A stretch of 64,000 nucleotides of DNA, from assembly GCA_036782775.1 (NCBI GenBank), contig DAIPYJ010000011.1:1317-65316 (forward strand), in the 5' to 3' direction. The notes under the pieces are model-generated. The model was not told the origin of the DNA, did not search any database, and worked only from the letters and a program-made list of their open reading frames with translations. The translations under genes were made by a program, and so were the position numbers. Below are positions 37,905 to 46,706 of the stretch, piece by piece. This DNA comes from Candidatus Dormiibacterota bacterium. GTDB lineage: Bacteria; Chloroflexota; Dormibacteria; CF-121. Position 1 is the stretch's first letter; every line of letters begins with the position of its first letter.

Positions 37905-39275
37905 GTGCTTACCACGCCGACCTTGGCCGAGTTTACCGGTCGCCTGATCGGACAGCAAGACCCTGACTACGATTCCGCCCGGCGAATCTGGAACGATGCG
38001 ATCGACCGGCGGCCGTTGCTGATCGCGCAGTGCGCTAATAGCGACGACGCAGCCCGAGCGCTGGCCTTTACGCGAAAGGAGGGGCTCCCAATCAGCGTCC
38101 GCGGTGGCGGGCATAATGTGGCAGGCTCAGCGCTCTGCGACGACGGAATCGTTGTTGACTTCTCGGCGTTGCGGAAGGTGGAGGTCGATCCACAACTGCG
38201 AGTCGCACGGGTGCAGCCGGGGGCTTTGTGGAGTGATCTGGATAGTGCCACTCAGGCACACGGACTGGCCACGCCGGCCGGCATCGTAACCCACACCGGT
38301 GTCGCGGGACTCACTGTGGGAGGAGGCTTCGGCTGGTTGAGCCGGCGCTGGGGCCTATCTTCCGACAACCTGGTGGGAGCTCAGGTCCTGCTTGCCGACG
38401 GTACTCGGTTGCATGCGAGCGCTGACGAGAATTCAGACCTCTTCTGGGCGATTTCCGGAGGCGGAGGCAACTTCGGCATCGTCACGGAGTTCGAGTTCCG
38501 GCTCCATCCGCTTGGAAAGGAAGTCCTGGCGGGTCCCTTGCTTTATCGCCCTGACCAAGCCCGTGAGGTCCTCGCCTTCTATCGCGAGTTTATCGCCAGC
38601 GCTCCCGATGAGCTCGCTGTGTATCTCAACCTTCGAACGGCGCCCCCGTTCGATTGGGTGCCACCCGACGTACGAGGCACGAACGTGCTGATCGTCATTC
38701 CGTTCTATTCCGGTGACCTCGACCGCGGTGAAGCACTCCTCGAACCGCTGCGCCGCTTCAGGCCGCCCGTGGCAGACCTGGTTCGCCGCCAGCCCTACCT
38801 GACTCATCAAGGCTTCTTGGACGCGAGCGTCCCCCACCACTGGGGCTACTACTGGAAGTCGCACTACCTTCCTCCGCTGAGTGACGGTGCCATTGATGTC
38901 TTGCTGAGCCGTGCATGGCAAAAGACGTCACCCTCGTCCTACACGCTCCTCTTTCACATGGGCGGTGCGATCGCCCGGCGTCCTGCAGACTTCTCCGCGG
39001 CGGGCGGACGCGATGCCGCTCATGCCATCAACATCAACGCTGCCTGGTCCCAGGGCGGCCCACAGCACCCAGACATTGGCTGGTGTCGCGAGTTCTTCGG
39101 GGCGATGGAACCACACGCCACCGGCAGCGTTTATGTGAATTTCCTGCACAATGATGAAGGCGAGTCGCGGATCCGTGCCGCCTACGGCGACCGGTATGAC
39201 CGACTCGCTCGGATCAAGGCACGTTACGACCCGGATAACGTCTTCCGTTCGAATCAGAACATCAAGCCGGCTTGA
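37905..39275 (+). CDS. FAD-binding oxidoreductase (berberine-bridge/VAO-PCMH family)
   Basis: RGGGHNVAG, GGGGNFGIVT, YVNF, YDPDNVFRSNQNI motifs. Confidence 0.92.
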   Translation: MLTTPTLAEFTGRLIGQQDPDYDSARRIWNDAIDRRPLLIAQCANSDDAARALAFTRKEGLPISVRGGGHNVAGSALCDDGIVVDFSALRKVEVDPQLRVARVQPGALWSDLDSATQAHGLATPAGIVTHTGVAGLTVGGGFGWLSRRWGLSSDNLVGAQVLLADGTRLHASADENSDLFWAISGGGGNFGIVTEFEFRLHPLGKEVLAGPLLYRPDQAREVLAFYREFIASAPDELAVYLNLRTAPPFDWVPPDVRGTNVLIVIPFYSGDLDRGEALLEPLRRFRPPVADLVRRQPYLTHQGFLDASVPHHWGYYWKSHYLPPLSDGAIDVLLSRAWQKTSPSSYTLLFHMGGAIARRPADFSAAGGRDAAHAININAAWSQGGPQHPDIGWCREFFGAMEPHATGSVYVNFLHNDEGESRIRAAYGDRYDRLARIKARYDPDNVFRSNQNIKPA

Positions 39276-39288
39276 AGCTCGCCACGGA

Positions 39289-39591
39289 TCAGCCGACGGG
39301 GAGTTCCTCCAGCAGCCGCTTCCGCAATTCATGCAGCGGCTCATCCGCTCCCGGCACGACGTCATAGGTCCACCGCTTGTGGAACTCGACGGCGTTGTCC
39401 GGATCAATGACTAATAGGTGAAGCCGTCAACGCCTTCGACGGTTGGGTGGGGCTCAACCTGCACCGTTCGAAGCCTCGGCGACGACGGTGATGTCCCGCT
39501 CAAGTCCGAGACGGGTAGCGAGCAGTAACCGAATGTCTGCCTGATCATCGACGATAAGAACCTTGCTCAGCCGCTTTTCGGTTTCCAGCAC
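39289..39591 (-). pseudogene. Gene remnants: N-terminal receiver fragment plus an unrelated C-terminal fragment
   Basis: GTG 39591 gives VLETEKRLSKVLIVDDQADIR...VAEASNGAG-stop (39454); the same frame resumes as LLVIDPDNAVEFHKRWTYD...EELPVG-stop (39289). Confidence 0.6.
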
Positions 39592-39684
39592 CTCACCGTC
39601 CCGTGTCAGCGTAGCAGCGAGACTTCCGCGGATTTCTGAAAGGTCTTTTGTCGCCTATCGGGGCGAACCTACACACACCAGCAA

Positions 39685-39891
39685 TTAGCTGCGGGCTTGG
39701 CGCAACTTCTGTGTCTGGCGGATAGCGTCACGAAATTCAACGATCATCTCTTGATACGCCGTCACCTCAAGAGCCGCCACCGTCTGACCAGCGGCGACGA
39801 GCCGGCCTTTGATGGCGACGGACGCGAAGTAGGCGCCGTTGTAGTACGGCAGCAGATTCTCGAACTTGAACGCGGGATCGCCCCTAGCCAT
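39685..39891 (-). CDS. 68-aa hypothetical protein coupled to the selenoperoxiredoxin-like gene
   Basis: ATG overlaps the upstream stop region; ENLLPYYNGAYFASVAIK, helical. Confidence 0.6.
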   Translation of the reverse strand: MARGDPAFKFENLLPYYNGAYFASVAIKGRLVAAGQTVAALEVTAYQEMIVEFRDAIRQTQKLRQARS

Positions 39892-40342
39892 GGCTGAGCG
39901 CTTCCAGGACCACCGCATCTTTGGGCCGATCAGCGAAATCTCTGCCTTCGTATACATAGCGGATGAGGCCCGTCTGATCGGCAAGCACCAGCGCGGGCTT
40001 CGAGATCCGACCCGAGGAATCCCACAGCCCGAACCGCTTGATGACAACCTCACCCTCGGGATCACTCAAGAGGTCAAATGGCAGAAGGAGTTTGTCGATC
40101 ATGGCTTGGTTCTGCTCTGGCGAATCGACCGAGATCCCGTAGATCCGGATTTGCCGCTTTTGAAACTCTTCCCATTTCCTGGCGAAGCTGACCAGCTGCC
40201 CATTGCAGTAGGGTCACCAATCACCCCGATAGAAGATCACCAGGTTCGGCCCTGCAGGATCGGGCAATGACCTCTCAGATCCAGACTGATCTTGGAGGAC
40301 AAAGGTCGGCAGACGGCTTCCAGCAGAAAGGCCAGGCGACAT
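39884..40342 (-). CDS. AhpC/TSA peroxiredoxin-like protein with in-frame TGA (probable selenocysteine, U-P-Y-C)
   Basis: MSPGLSAGSRLPTFVLQDQSG...LVIFYRGDW-TGA(40216-40214)-PYCNGQL...YGISVDS...LLSDP...FADRP; 152 aa with readthrough. Confidence 0.88.
40181..40200 (-). promoter_or_regulatory. Candidate bacterial SECIS hairpin
   Basis: GGC-AGCT-GGUC-AGCT-UC-GCC; apical loop starts with GG, 20 nt after the UGA. Confidence 0.55.
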
Positions 40343-40410
40343 CGTCTTCGAGCATATCGGAGGCCACGCTCTTCATCCGGCCTTCACGTGGCCTTTAACG
40401 TTGGGACAGG

Positions 40411-40422
40411 CTGAGCGCTCAG
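40411..40422. promoter_or_regulatory. Perfect 12-bp palindrome between the divergent selenoprotein genes
   Basis: CTGAGCGCTCAG, followed by a further CTCAG half-site. Confidence 0.35.
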
Positions 40423-40470
40423 ACTCAGGGTAACGTCGTCCTGTAGTTGTGTACCGTGAAGACTGGCTCA

Positions 40471-41103
40471 ATGCGCCGGACGCGTGTCCGCTCCATCCTC
40501 TCGATTGCCGCCCCGGTGCTGCTGTTTGTCGGCATCTTTCTGGTGCGTGGTGGCTACTTTGGCGAACTCATCAATCGCGTCGGTGAGACAGGGTCACCGG
40601 TTTCCGTTCACCAGCTGAACGACATCGGCACCTTGCAGCAGGCATTCAATCACGATGCCGGTACGCCGCGGCTCATCCTGCTGGTCTCCCCCACTTGACC
40701 GGACTGCAATGCCGGCGCCCGTTGGGTGCAGCAGGAGATTTTGAAGAAACACCCGTCGGTTCCGCTGCGGGTTGAGGTCGTCTGGCTGCCGATGCTGACC
40801 GGCGACTCCGAGCAGTTGATCGATCGGCGCGTCCTCTCCGATCCACGAGTCAGCTATTACTGGGATCCCCATCGGATCGTCGGCCAGTGGTTCTCGAGCC
40901 ACGTGACGCAGCAACCGGGCATCACCTGGGATGCGTTCTTTCTCTACGGGGCCCAGGCAGGGTGGGACTCCACACCGGGTCCGCTGGTTGCCTCTGGCTC
41001 GAGCATCATCGGCAACACCGGCCAGCTCAGGGCCGGGTTCAATCAGATTCAGCCGTCAAGTAGCACGGCCGCTGTGCCGGGTCCATCCACGCCGCGCTCC
41101 TAG
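40471..41103 (+). CDS. Membrane-anchored thioredoxin-fold protein with in-frame TGA (probable selenocysteine, U-P-D-C)
   Basis: N-terminal TM helix; RLILLVSPT-TGA(40696-40698)-PDCNAGARWVQ...VVWLPML...YYWD...WDAFFLY; joins ORFs 40447-40698 and 40726-41103 in one frame (210 aa). Confidence 0.88.
40715..40729 (+). promoter_or_regulatory. Candidate bacterial SECIS hairpin
   Basis: GCGCCC-GUU-GGGUGC; G-led loop 22 nt after the UGA. Confidence 0.55.
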
Positions 41104-41109
41104 GCACGC

Positions 41110-41982
41110 GTGTCGCTTGGGATACGGCGGACCTGGCTCGGAATTGCAGCCGCGGCAGGCGCCCTCTTCCTGGCTGCGCTCGCCGCGTTCATTTTGGCCC
41201 CGGATGGCCATTTCGCGATCGGCGTCGAATCCGCTTCGTCAGCCGCTTCCGCGCTCGCCCAGCGTCCCAGTCAGTCGCTGCCTCGGATCTACGCCCTCTT
41301 CGCCGGCATGGTGGCCGCCTTCAATCCGTGCGGATTCGCCCTGTTACCGGCGTATCTAGGCCTTTACCTTCAGGATGACCGCGGCCGCCGTCGTTCGATC
41401 GCCACCACCATCTCGACCCCGCTCAAGGTATCGCTCAGCGTCACCGCCGCCTTCGTCGCGGTGTTCGGTCTGGTCGGGCTTGCGGTTGGCGTCGCGGGAA
41501 CAGCGATCTCATCAGTGCTTCCGCTGGTTGGGTTCATCATCGGCGTCGTCCTTATCGTAGTCGGCGGTGCGGTTCTGTCAGGCTGGAGCCTGGACACAGC
41601 CAGCACGACCAAGCTTGCCGACCGGCTCGGGCCGGCCGCCGGTCGCACCACCATGTCTGGATATTTCGCCTACGGGATCGCCTACGCGCTGGCATCCCTT
41701 GGCTGCACCTTGCCGGTCTTTCTCACCGTCCTTGGGCTTGCACCCCTTGCCGGCGGCCTGCTTGGCGGACTGCTGCAATTTCTGCTCTATGGCATCGGCA
41801 TGGCCGTCGTCCTGGCGGTACTGACGATCGCGGCCGCCCTCTTCAAGACCGAGCTCTTGCGCCGACTGCGTGGCGTCGGACGGATCATCGAGCCAGCCGG
41901 CGCCATCTTGCTTTTGCTCGTCGGCGCTTACGTGGTCTATTACTGGGTTACCCTTGGCGGACTCTTCCGTGGCACTGCCTGA
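41110..41982 (+). CDS. CcdA/DsbD-beta-like transmembrane thiol-disulfide electron carrier
   Basis: AFNPCGFALLPAY and ASLGCTLPVF, the two CcdA Cys motifs. Confidence 0.88.
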   Translation: MSLGIRRTWLGIAAAAGALFLAALAAFILAPDGHFAIGVESASSAASALAQRPSQSLPRIYALFAGMVAAFNPCGFALLPAYLGLYLQDDRGRRRSIATTISTPLKVSLSVTAAFVAVFGLVGLAVGVAGTAISSVLPLVGFIIGVVLIVVGGAVLSGWSLDTASTTKLADRLGPAAGRTTMSGYFAYGIAYALASLGCTLPVFLTVLGLAPLAGGLLGGLLQFLLYGIGMAVVLAVLTIAAALFKTELLRRLRGVGRIIEPAGAILLLLVGAYVVYYWVTLGGLFRGTA

Positions 41983-42676
41983 TCCCGAGAGCACGCCCGG
42001 TGTCGGTTTGCGGATTGAGATTCGCGGCCTGAGCCACGAGTACGGAACGCCTCACGCAAGGGTCCAGGCACTGACGGACATCTCATTCGAGGTGTCCGCT
42101 GGTGATTACGTAGCCCTCATGGGTCCGTCCGGCGCCGGCAAAAGCACCTTGCTGGCCCTCCTCGGTGGGCTCGACCGCCCTCAAGAGGGAACGTTGGCCA
42201 TCGACGGGCGCGATATGCGGGCGCTCAGTCGTGATCAGCTGGCCGAGTATCGGCGCACCACGGTTGGCTTCGTATTCCAGCACTTCGGGCTGGTCGACCT
42301 GCTGACCGCTGCCGAGAACGTCGAGCTGGCCTTGTCATTGGCGGGCGTGCCTCCGCACCAGCGGCGGCAACACGTCGGTGCCCTGCTGTCCTCCGTCGGC
42401 CTGCTCGAGCGACGCAACCACCGGCCATCGTCGCTCAGCGGCGGTGAGCGTCAACGGGTCGCGATCGCGCGGGCGCTCGCCAATGATCCACGGTTGCTCC
42501 TCGCGGACGAGCCGACTGGAAATCTCGATAGCAAGACCGCCGTCGGCGTCATGGACCTGCTCGAGAGCCTCCGGCGTGAGCGCGGTTGCACTCTCCTGGT
42601 GGTCACCCACAATCCGCTGGTCGCTGCTCGCGCCGATCGCCGCGTCGTCATCGATTCTGGCCGGATCGTCCTATGA
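41969..42676 (+). CDS. ABC ATPase (LolD/MacB-type)
   Basis: GPSGAGKST, LSGGERQRV, LLADEPTGNLD motifs. Confidence 0.95.
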   Translation: MALPDPESTPGVGLRIEIRGLSHEYGTPHARVQALTDISFEVSAGDYVALMGPSGAGKSTLLALLGGLDRPQEGTLAIDGRDMRALSRDQLAEYRRTTVGFVFQHFGLVDLLTAAENVELALSLAGVPPHQRRQHVGALLSSVGLLERRNHRPSSLSGGERQRVAIARALANDPRLLLADEPTGNLDSKTAVGVMDLLESLRRERGCTLLVVTHNPLVAARADRRVVIDSGRIVL

Positions 42677-44010
42677 GCTGGCGAGACGAACTGACGCTGG
42701 CGCTACGAAGCCTGCTGCGTCGCCCCGGACGGACGGCAATCACCCTGTTGGCGGTCGTTCTGGGGACCGGGCTGCTGGTCGCATTGGGAAGCGTCGGCGC
42801 GACGGCGGATTCCCGCATCGTCAGCCAGCTGAGCAAGGGTGGTCCGGCAGCGGCGATCAAGGTGGCGGCTGCCCTTCCAAACCCCGGGCAGCTCGACAGT
42901 GACAACCTTCAGGCCGGCGCTCCGAAGAACATCGACGACGCGGCGGTGGGAGCCATTCGGCGCGCGCCCTATGTCGCCTCGGTGGTACCGTTCCTGGCGG
43001 CTCCGGTGCTCGCCATTCCACCGCCGCAGGGTCTGTCCGCGGTACCAGGTACCAACGGTGAGACGCCCATCTTGCCGAATTGGATCTTCGACGCCATGGT
43101 TGGCACCGACCTGAGTCAGGTGAACAACCTCCCGATCACGGTCCTCGCCGGCCGGCTGCCGAGCCTCCATTCGCTGGACGAAGTCGCGGTGACGCAAGGG
43201 TACCTCGATCATCTTCATCTCGATGTCCACCATCCGGGAGTCGTGCTCGGGACGGAGATCGAGGTCGGAATGCCGCAATCGCACGTCATCAATGGCAACC
43301 TGCGGCGCCAGGCGCGCTGGATCAAGGCCCGGGTCGTCGGCGTCGTCGCCCAACAAGTCGGCGACGGCGAATTTCTGGTTCCCCTCGAGCAGGCGCAGAT
43401 CGCGCGGGGATGGGCGCTACAAGGGATCAGTGACGGCGATGATCCGTTGCCGGTTTCGCCTTATTCCGGCCTGGTGGTCGTGGCGGGCAGTCTCGACCAG
43501 GTGCATACAGTCCGCGCCGAGATCACCGTCCTCGGATATGCCACCAGTGCCCCCGAGCATCTGGTTGCATCCGTGCAGAAATATCTCCATGTGGTCGATA
43601 TCGTTCTCGGTGGCATCGGCACCATCGCCCTGGTGATCGCCTGCCTGGGGATCGCGAACGCTTTACTTGCCGCCGTCCGCGAACGCCGGCGGGAAATTGG
43701 GGTGCTGAAAGCCATCGGGGCACGCGACCAGGACATCCTTCGCTGGTTTCTCATCGAGGCGCTCGCGGTGGGAGCTCTGGGCGGCGCGATCGGCACGTTG
43801 CTCGGCGTCCTGGTTGCGGAAGGGCTTGGTCAATCCGTCAACCACTATCTCCTGACCCAGGGGTTGCAAAGCGTGTCGCTGGGCGAGGTCTCGCCGGCTC
43901 TGCTCGCCGCCGGTGTCCTTGGCACGGTCTTGCTCGCGTTGCTGGCTGCGGTCGCGCCGGCGCTACAGGCGGCGCGGCTGCCTGCCCTCGAGGCGGTGAG
44001 CGCGGCATGA
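42673..44010 (+). CDS. FtsX/MacB-type ABC permease
   Basis: N-terminal TM, large extracytoplasmic domain, ERRREIGVLKAIGA; ATGA overlap. Confidence 0.92.
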   Translation: MSWRDELTLALRSLLRRPGRTAITLLAVVLGTGLLVALGSVGATADSRIVSQLSKGGPAAAIKVAAALPNPGQLDSDNLQAGAPKNIDDAAVGAIRRAPYVASVVPFLAAPVLAIPPPQGLSAVPGTNGETPILPNWIFDAMVGTDLSQVNNLPITVLAGRLPSLHSLDEVAVTQGYLDHLHLDVHHPGVVLGTEIEVGMPQSHVINGNLRRQARWIKARVVGVVAQQVGDGEFLVPLEQAQIARGWALQGISDGDDPLPVSPYSGLVVVAGSLDQVHTVRAEITVLGYATSAPEHLVASVQKYLHVVDIVLGGIGTIALVIACLGIANALLAAVRERRREIGVLKAIGARDQDILRWFLIEALAVGALGGAIGTLLGVLVAEGLGQSVNHYLLTQGLQSVSLGEVSPALLAAGVLGTVLLALLAAVAPALQAARLPALEAVSAA

Positions 44011-44768
44011 GGTTGCGGCTGAGCTCGCTTTGCCTGCTGAGCCTCGTCCTGACGCTGGCGGCCTGCACATCGCTTACTCCAACGGGAGCCCGGCGGTCGA
44101 CGCCAAGTCCGAGACCCGCTGCCGTGGCTGCGCCCGTGGTCTATGCCGCGCTCGGGGCGAGCGAGACGGTTGGCGTCGGGGTGGGTGATCACCTCCGGCA
44201 GGCCTGGCCGCAGATCTTCTTCAACATCGCCTTGCCGGATTCGGCGGTCTTTTACAACTTCGGATTCCCTGGCGCGACGACCGCCGACGCGCTGCAGCTG
44301 GAACTGCCGGCGGCGATTGGCGTCCATCCGACGATCGTCACCATCTGGCTCAACGTCAATGATCTGATCGCGGGCGTTTCACCAGTCACCTACGAGACCG
44401 AGCTGCAGCAGTTAGTCCAGCGGTTGCGAGCCGCCGGTACTCGCGAGATTCTGATCGCGAATACCCCCTACCTCGATCGGCTCCCTGCGTATCTCAGCTG
44501 CAATGCGCCATCCGGGTCGCTCCACTGTCCCTTCCCCGCAGAGGCGCCGACCGCAGCCCAGCTCAACGCCATGGTCGACGCCTACAACGCCGGCATCCAA
44601 TGCGTAGCAGCCGAGGAATCCGCGGTTGTTGTCGACCTGCACACGCAGGGAGAATTGCCCGATCTCCATCCCGACTATCTCAGCGCGGATGGCCTTCACC
44701 CCAATGCCAGGGGTTACGCCGCGATCGCCTCGGCCTTCAAGGCGGCGCTGGCCGGGAAGACGCCTTAG
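44007..44768 (+). CDS. SGNH/GDSL hydrolase lipoprotein
   Basis: Lipobox LAAC; ALGASETVG, WLNVND, DGLHP motifs. Confidence 0.88.
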   Translation: MRLRLSSLCLLSLVLTLAACTSLTPTGARRSTPSPRPAAVAAPVVYAALGASETVGVGVGDHLRQAWPQIFFNIALPDSAVFYNFGFPGATTADALQLELPAAIGVHPTIVTIWLNVNDLIAGVSPVTYETELQQLVQRLRAAGTREILIANTPYLDRLPAYLSCNAPSGSLHCPFPAEAPTAAQLNAMVDAYNAGIQCVAAEESAVVVDLHTQGELPDLHPDYLSADGLHPNARGYAAIASAFKAALAGKTP

Positions 44769-44850
44769 ATTTCCTTAATAGCGCCTTCACGTTTCCGCCG
44801 TATATCGGTTTGGGATGGGAAAGGGATCGGCGAGCTTGAGCGCAACCGGC

Positions 44851-45339
44851 ATGCGCGAGTTGAGTCCGCTCTTCGGCCGGGCAATCGCCGCCCTTCGCAT
44901 CTGGTTCGGCATCGTCTTTCTCACCAACGGCCTTGCCAAGTTCATCCCCTCGATCGCGAAGACGCCCGTCGGATTCTTGATCGACCTCAATGGAGCCAAA
45001 GGCATCCTTATCTTCTACGCGCACCGGAATCCGGTCCCGCCCTATCGCAGCCTGGTCGACCAGCTGATCGCGCCCAACTGGAGCCTCTTTGGGCCCGCCG
45101 AGGCGGTGGTTGAGGTCGTCGTTGGCGTTCTGCTGATCGTCGGCCTGTTCGCGACGCTGGCTGCCCTGGTCGGTGCGCTGCTCCAACTACATCTGCAGTT
45201 CGCGTCGCTCTGGAGCAACCAGTGGGTCTTCGAGTACTCGGTCGAATGGGTGCCCTTGCTGGTGTTGGCCGCGATCCACGCCGGCCGCTGGTTCGGCCTC
45301 GATTCGCGTCGTCCGAGGGCGTCCGGATGGCTGGGGTGA
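44851..45339 (+). CDS. DoxX/TQO small-subunit-like membrane protein
   Basis: LRIWFGIVFLTNGLAK, EVVVGVLLIVGL, GRWFGLDS motifs. Start could be as early as 44815. Confidence 0.8.
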   Translation: MRELSPLFGRAIAALRIWFGIVFLTNGLAKFIPSIAKTPVGFLIDLNGAKGILIFYAHRNPVPPYRSLVDQLIAPNWSLFGPAEAVVEVVVGVLLIVGLFATLAALVGALLQLHLQFASLWSNQWVFEYSVEWVPLLVLAAIHAGRWFGLDSRRPRASGWLG

Positions 45340-46016
45340 GCCGGGTCGCCGTGATCATCCCGGCGCTCAACGAGGCCGGGGCCATCGGCGATGTTGTCGC
45401 CGAGATAAGGGCGACGGTCGATGCCGAGGTGATCGTCGTCGACAACGGCAGTCAGGATCAGACCGCCACAGTGGCGCGCCGAGCCGGTGCCGTGGTCGTG
45501 ACCTGTCCGGAGCGCGGGTATGGCAAGGCCTGCCTCCGGGGAATCGCCGAGGCGCGCGGGAATGATGTCCTGGTCTTCATCGATGGCGACGGCAGCATGC
45601 CGGCGGTGGACATCCCCGCTTTGGTGGGGCCCATCCTCGATGGCCGAGCGGACATCGTCTGCGGCGCCCGGCGCGCTGACCCTGGCACGATGCCAGCGCA
45701 CCAGCGATGGGGTAACCGCCTTTCGATGGCGCTGCTGCGCTCGCTCTACGGCGTCAGGCTCTCTGACCTCGGTCCCTTCCGCGCGGTTCGGGCGACCACC
45801 CTCGCGAGTCTCGCCATGCGGGCGTCGAAGTTTGCCTGGCCGGCGGAAATGCTGGCCCGGGCGGCAAAAGTGCAGGCGCGGATCATCGAGGTGCCGGTCG
45901 GCTACCGCGCACGTGCAGCCGGCCGGTCGAAGGTTGGCGGTACCCTTCGCGGATCGATCGGGGCCGGCATGGGAATCGTCGGATCGCTGGCCTGGGTGCG
46001 GATGTTACCGCGGTGA
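45336..46016 (+). CDS. Glycosyltransferase family 2 (polyprenol-phosphate glycosyltransferase-like)
   Basis: IIPALNE, VDNGSQD, RGYGKAC, FIDGDGS, DLGPFRA motifs. Confidence 0.92.
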   Translation: MSRVAVIIPALNEAGAIGDVVAEIRATVDAEVIVVDNGSQDQTATVARRAGAVVVTCPERGYGKACLRGIAEARGNDVLVFIDGDGSMPAVDIPALVGPILDGRADIVCGARRADPGTMPAHQRWGNRLSMALLRSLYGVRLSDLGPFRAVRATTLASLAMRASKFAWPAEMLARAAKVQARIIEVPVGYRARAAGRSKVGGTLRGSIGAGMGIVGSLAWVRMLPR

Positions 46017-46696
46017 GCGACAGCCCATTTCGGAGCTGGTCATCCGACGAATGGCTGATCCTCCTGGCGCGCTGGCCGCAGCCGGGTGTCGGCAAGTCGC
46101 GCCTGGCGGCCGGCATTGGGGATGAGCAGGCGTATCGGCTCGAACAGGCCTTCCTGATGGACACCATCGGATGGGCTTCGCTGGCGCCGGCGCACCTGAT
46201 CACGTTCACCCCGGCTGGAGCTGCAGCGCAATTTCGCCGCTGCGCCCCGCGCGCGCATTTGCGGCGCCAGGCGGAGGGAGACCTGGGCGTCCGCATTCAT
46301 CAGGCGTTCGTGGATGCCTTCAGTCTCGGAGCCCGTCGGGCCGTCATCGTCGGCAGCGACAGCCCGAATCTTCCATATGCGATCGTCGATTCCTGCAGGT
46401 CGGGGCTGCCGACGGCGGACGCGATGATCGCGCCGACCAGCGACGGCGGCTTCTGCGCCCTCGGCCTCACCCGGCCGGCACCCGAACTGTTTGTGGGGGT
46501 TGCCTGGAGCACGCCAGACGTTTGCGCGCAGGTCATGGCGAATGCCCGTGCCGCCGGGCTCGAGATCCGCTCAACCGAACCCTGGTACGACGTCGACGAC
46601 GTGCTGGGTCTCAATCGCCTGCGCTTCGATCTGTCCCTCGACGGTGAATTCGCCCCCAATACCAGCGCAACCCTGGCCCGAATCAACCGGAAGTAA
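46013..46696 (+). CDS. DUF2064 / TIGR04282-type transferase (CofC/MobA-like fold)
   Basis: GVGKSRLAA, QAEGDLGVRI, IVGSDSP, PTSDGGF, WYDVDD motifs. Confidence 0.88.
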   Translation: MSDSPFRSWSSDEWLILLARWPQPGVGKSRLAAGIGDEQAYRLEQAFLMDTIGWASLAPAHLITFTPAGAAAQFRRCAPRAHLRRQAEGDLGVRIHQAFVDAFSLGARRAVIVGSDSPNLPYAIVDSCRSGLPTADAMIAPTSDGGFCALGLTRPAPELFVGVAWSTPDVCAQVMANARAAGLEIRSTEPWYDVDDVLGLNRLRFDLSLDGEFAPNTSATLARINRK

Positions 46697-46706
46697 GGAG
46701 GCACAG

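Noticed and set aside
39427-39456. In-frame TGAs in the receiver remnant as additional Sec codons
   Set aside because: They are not at a Cys-equivalent position, the sequence after them no longer resembles a receiver domain, and I see no convincing SECIS.
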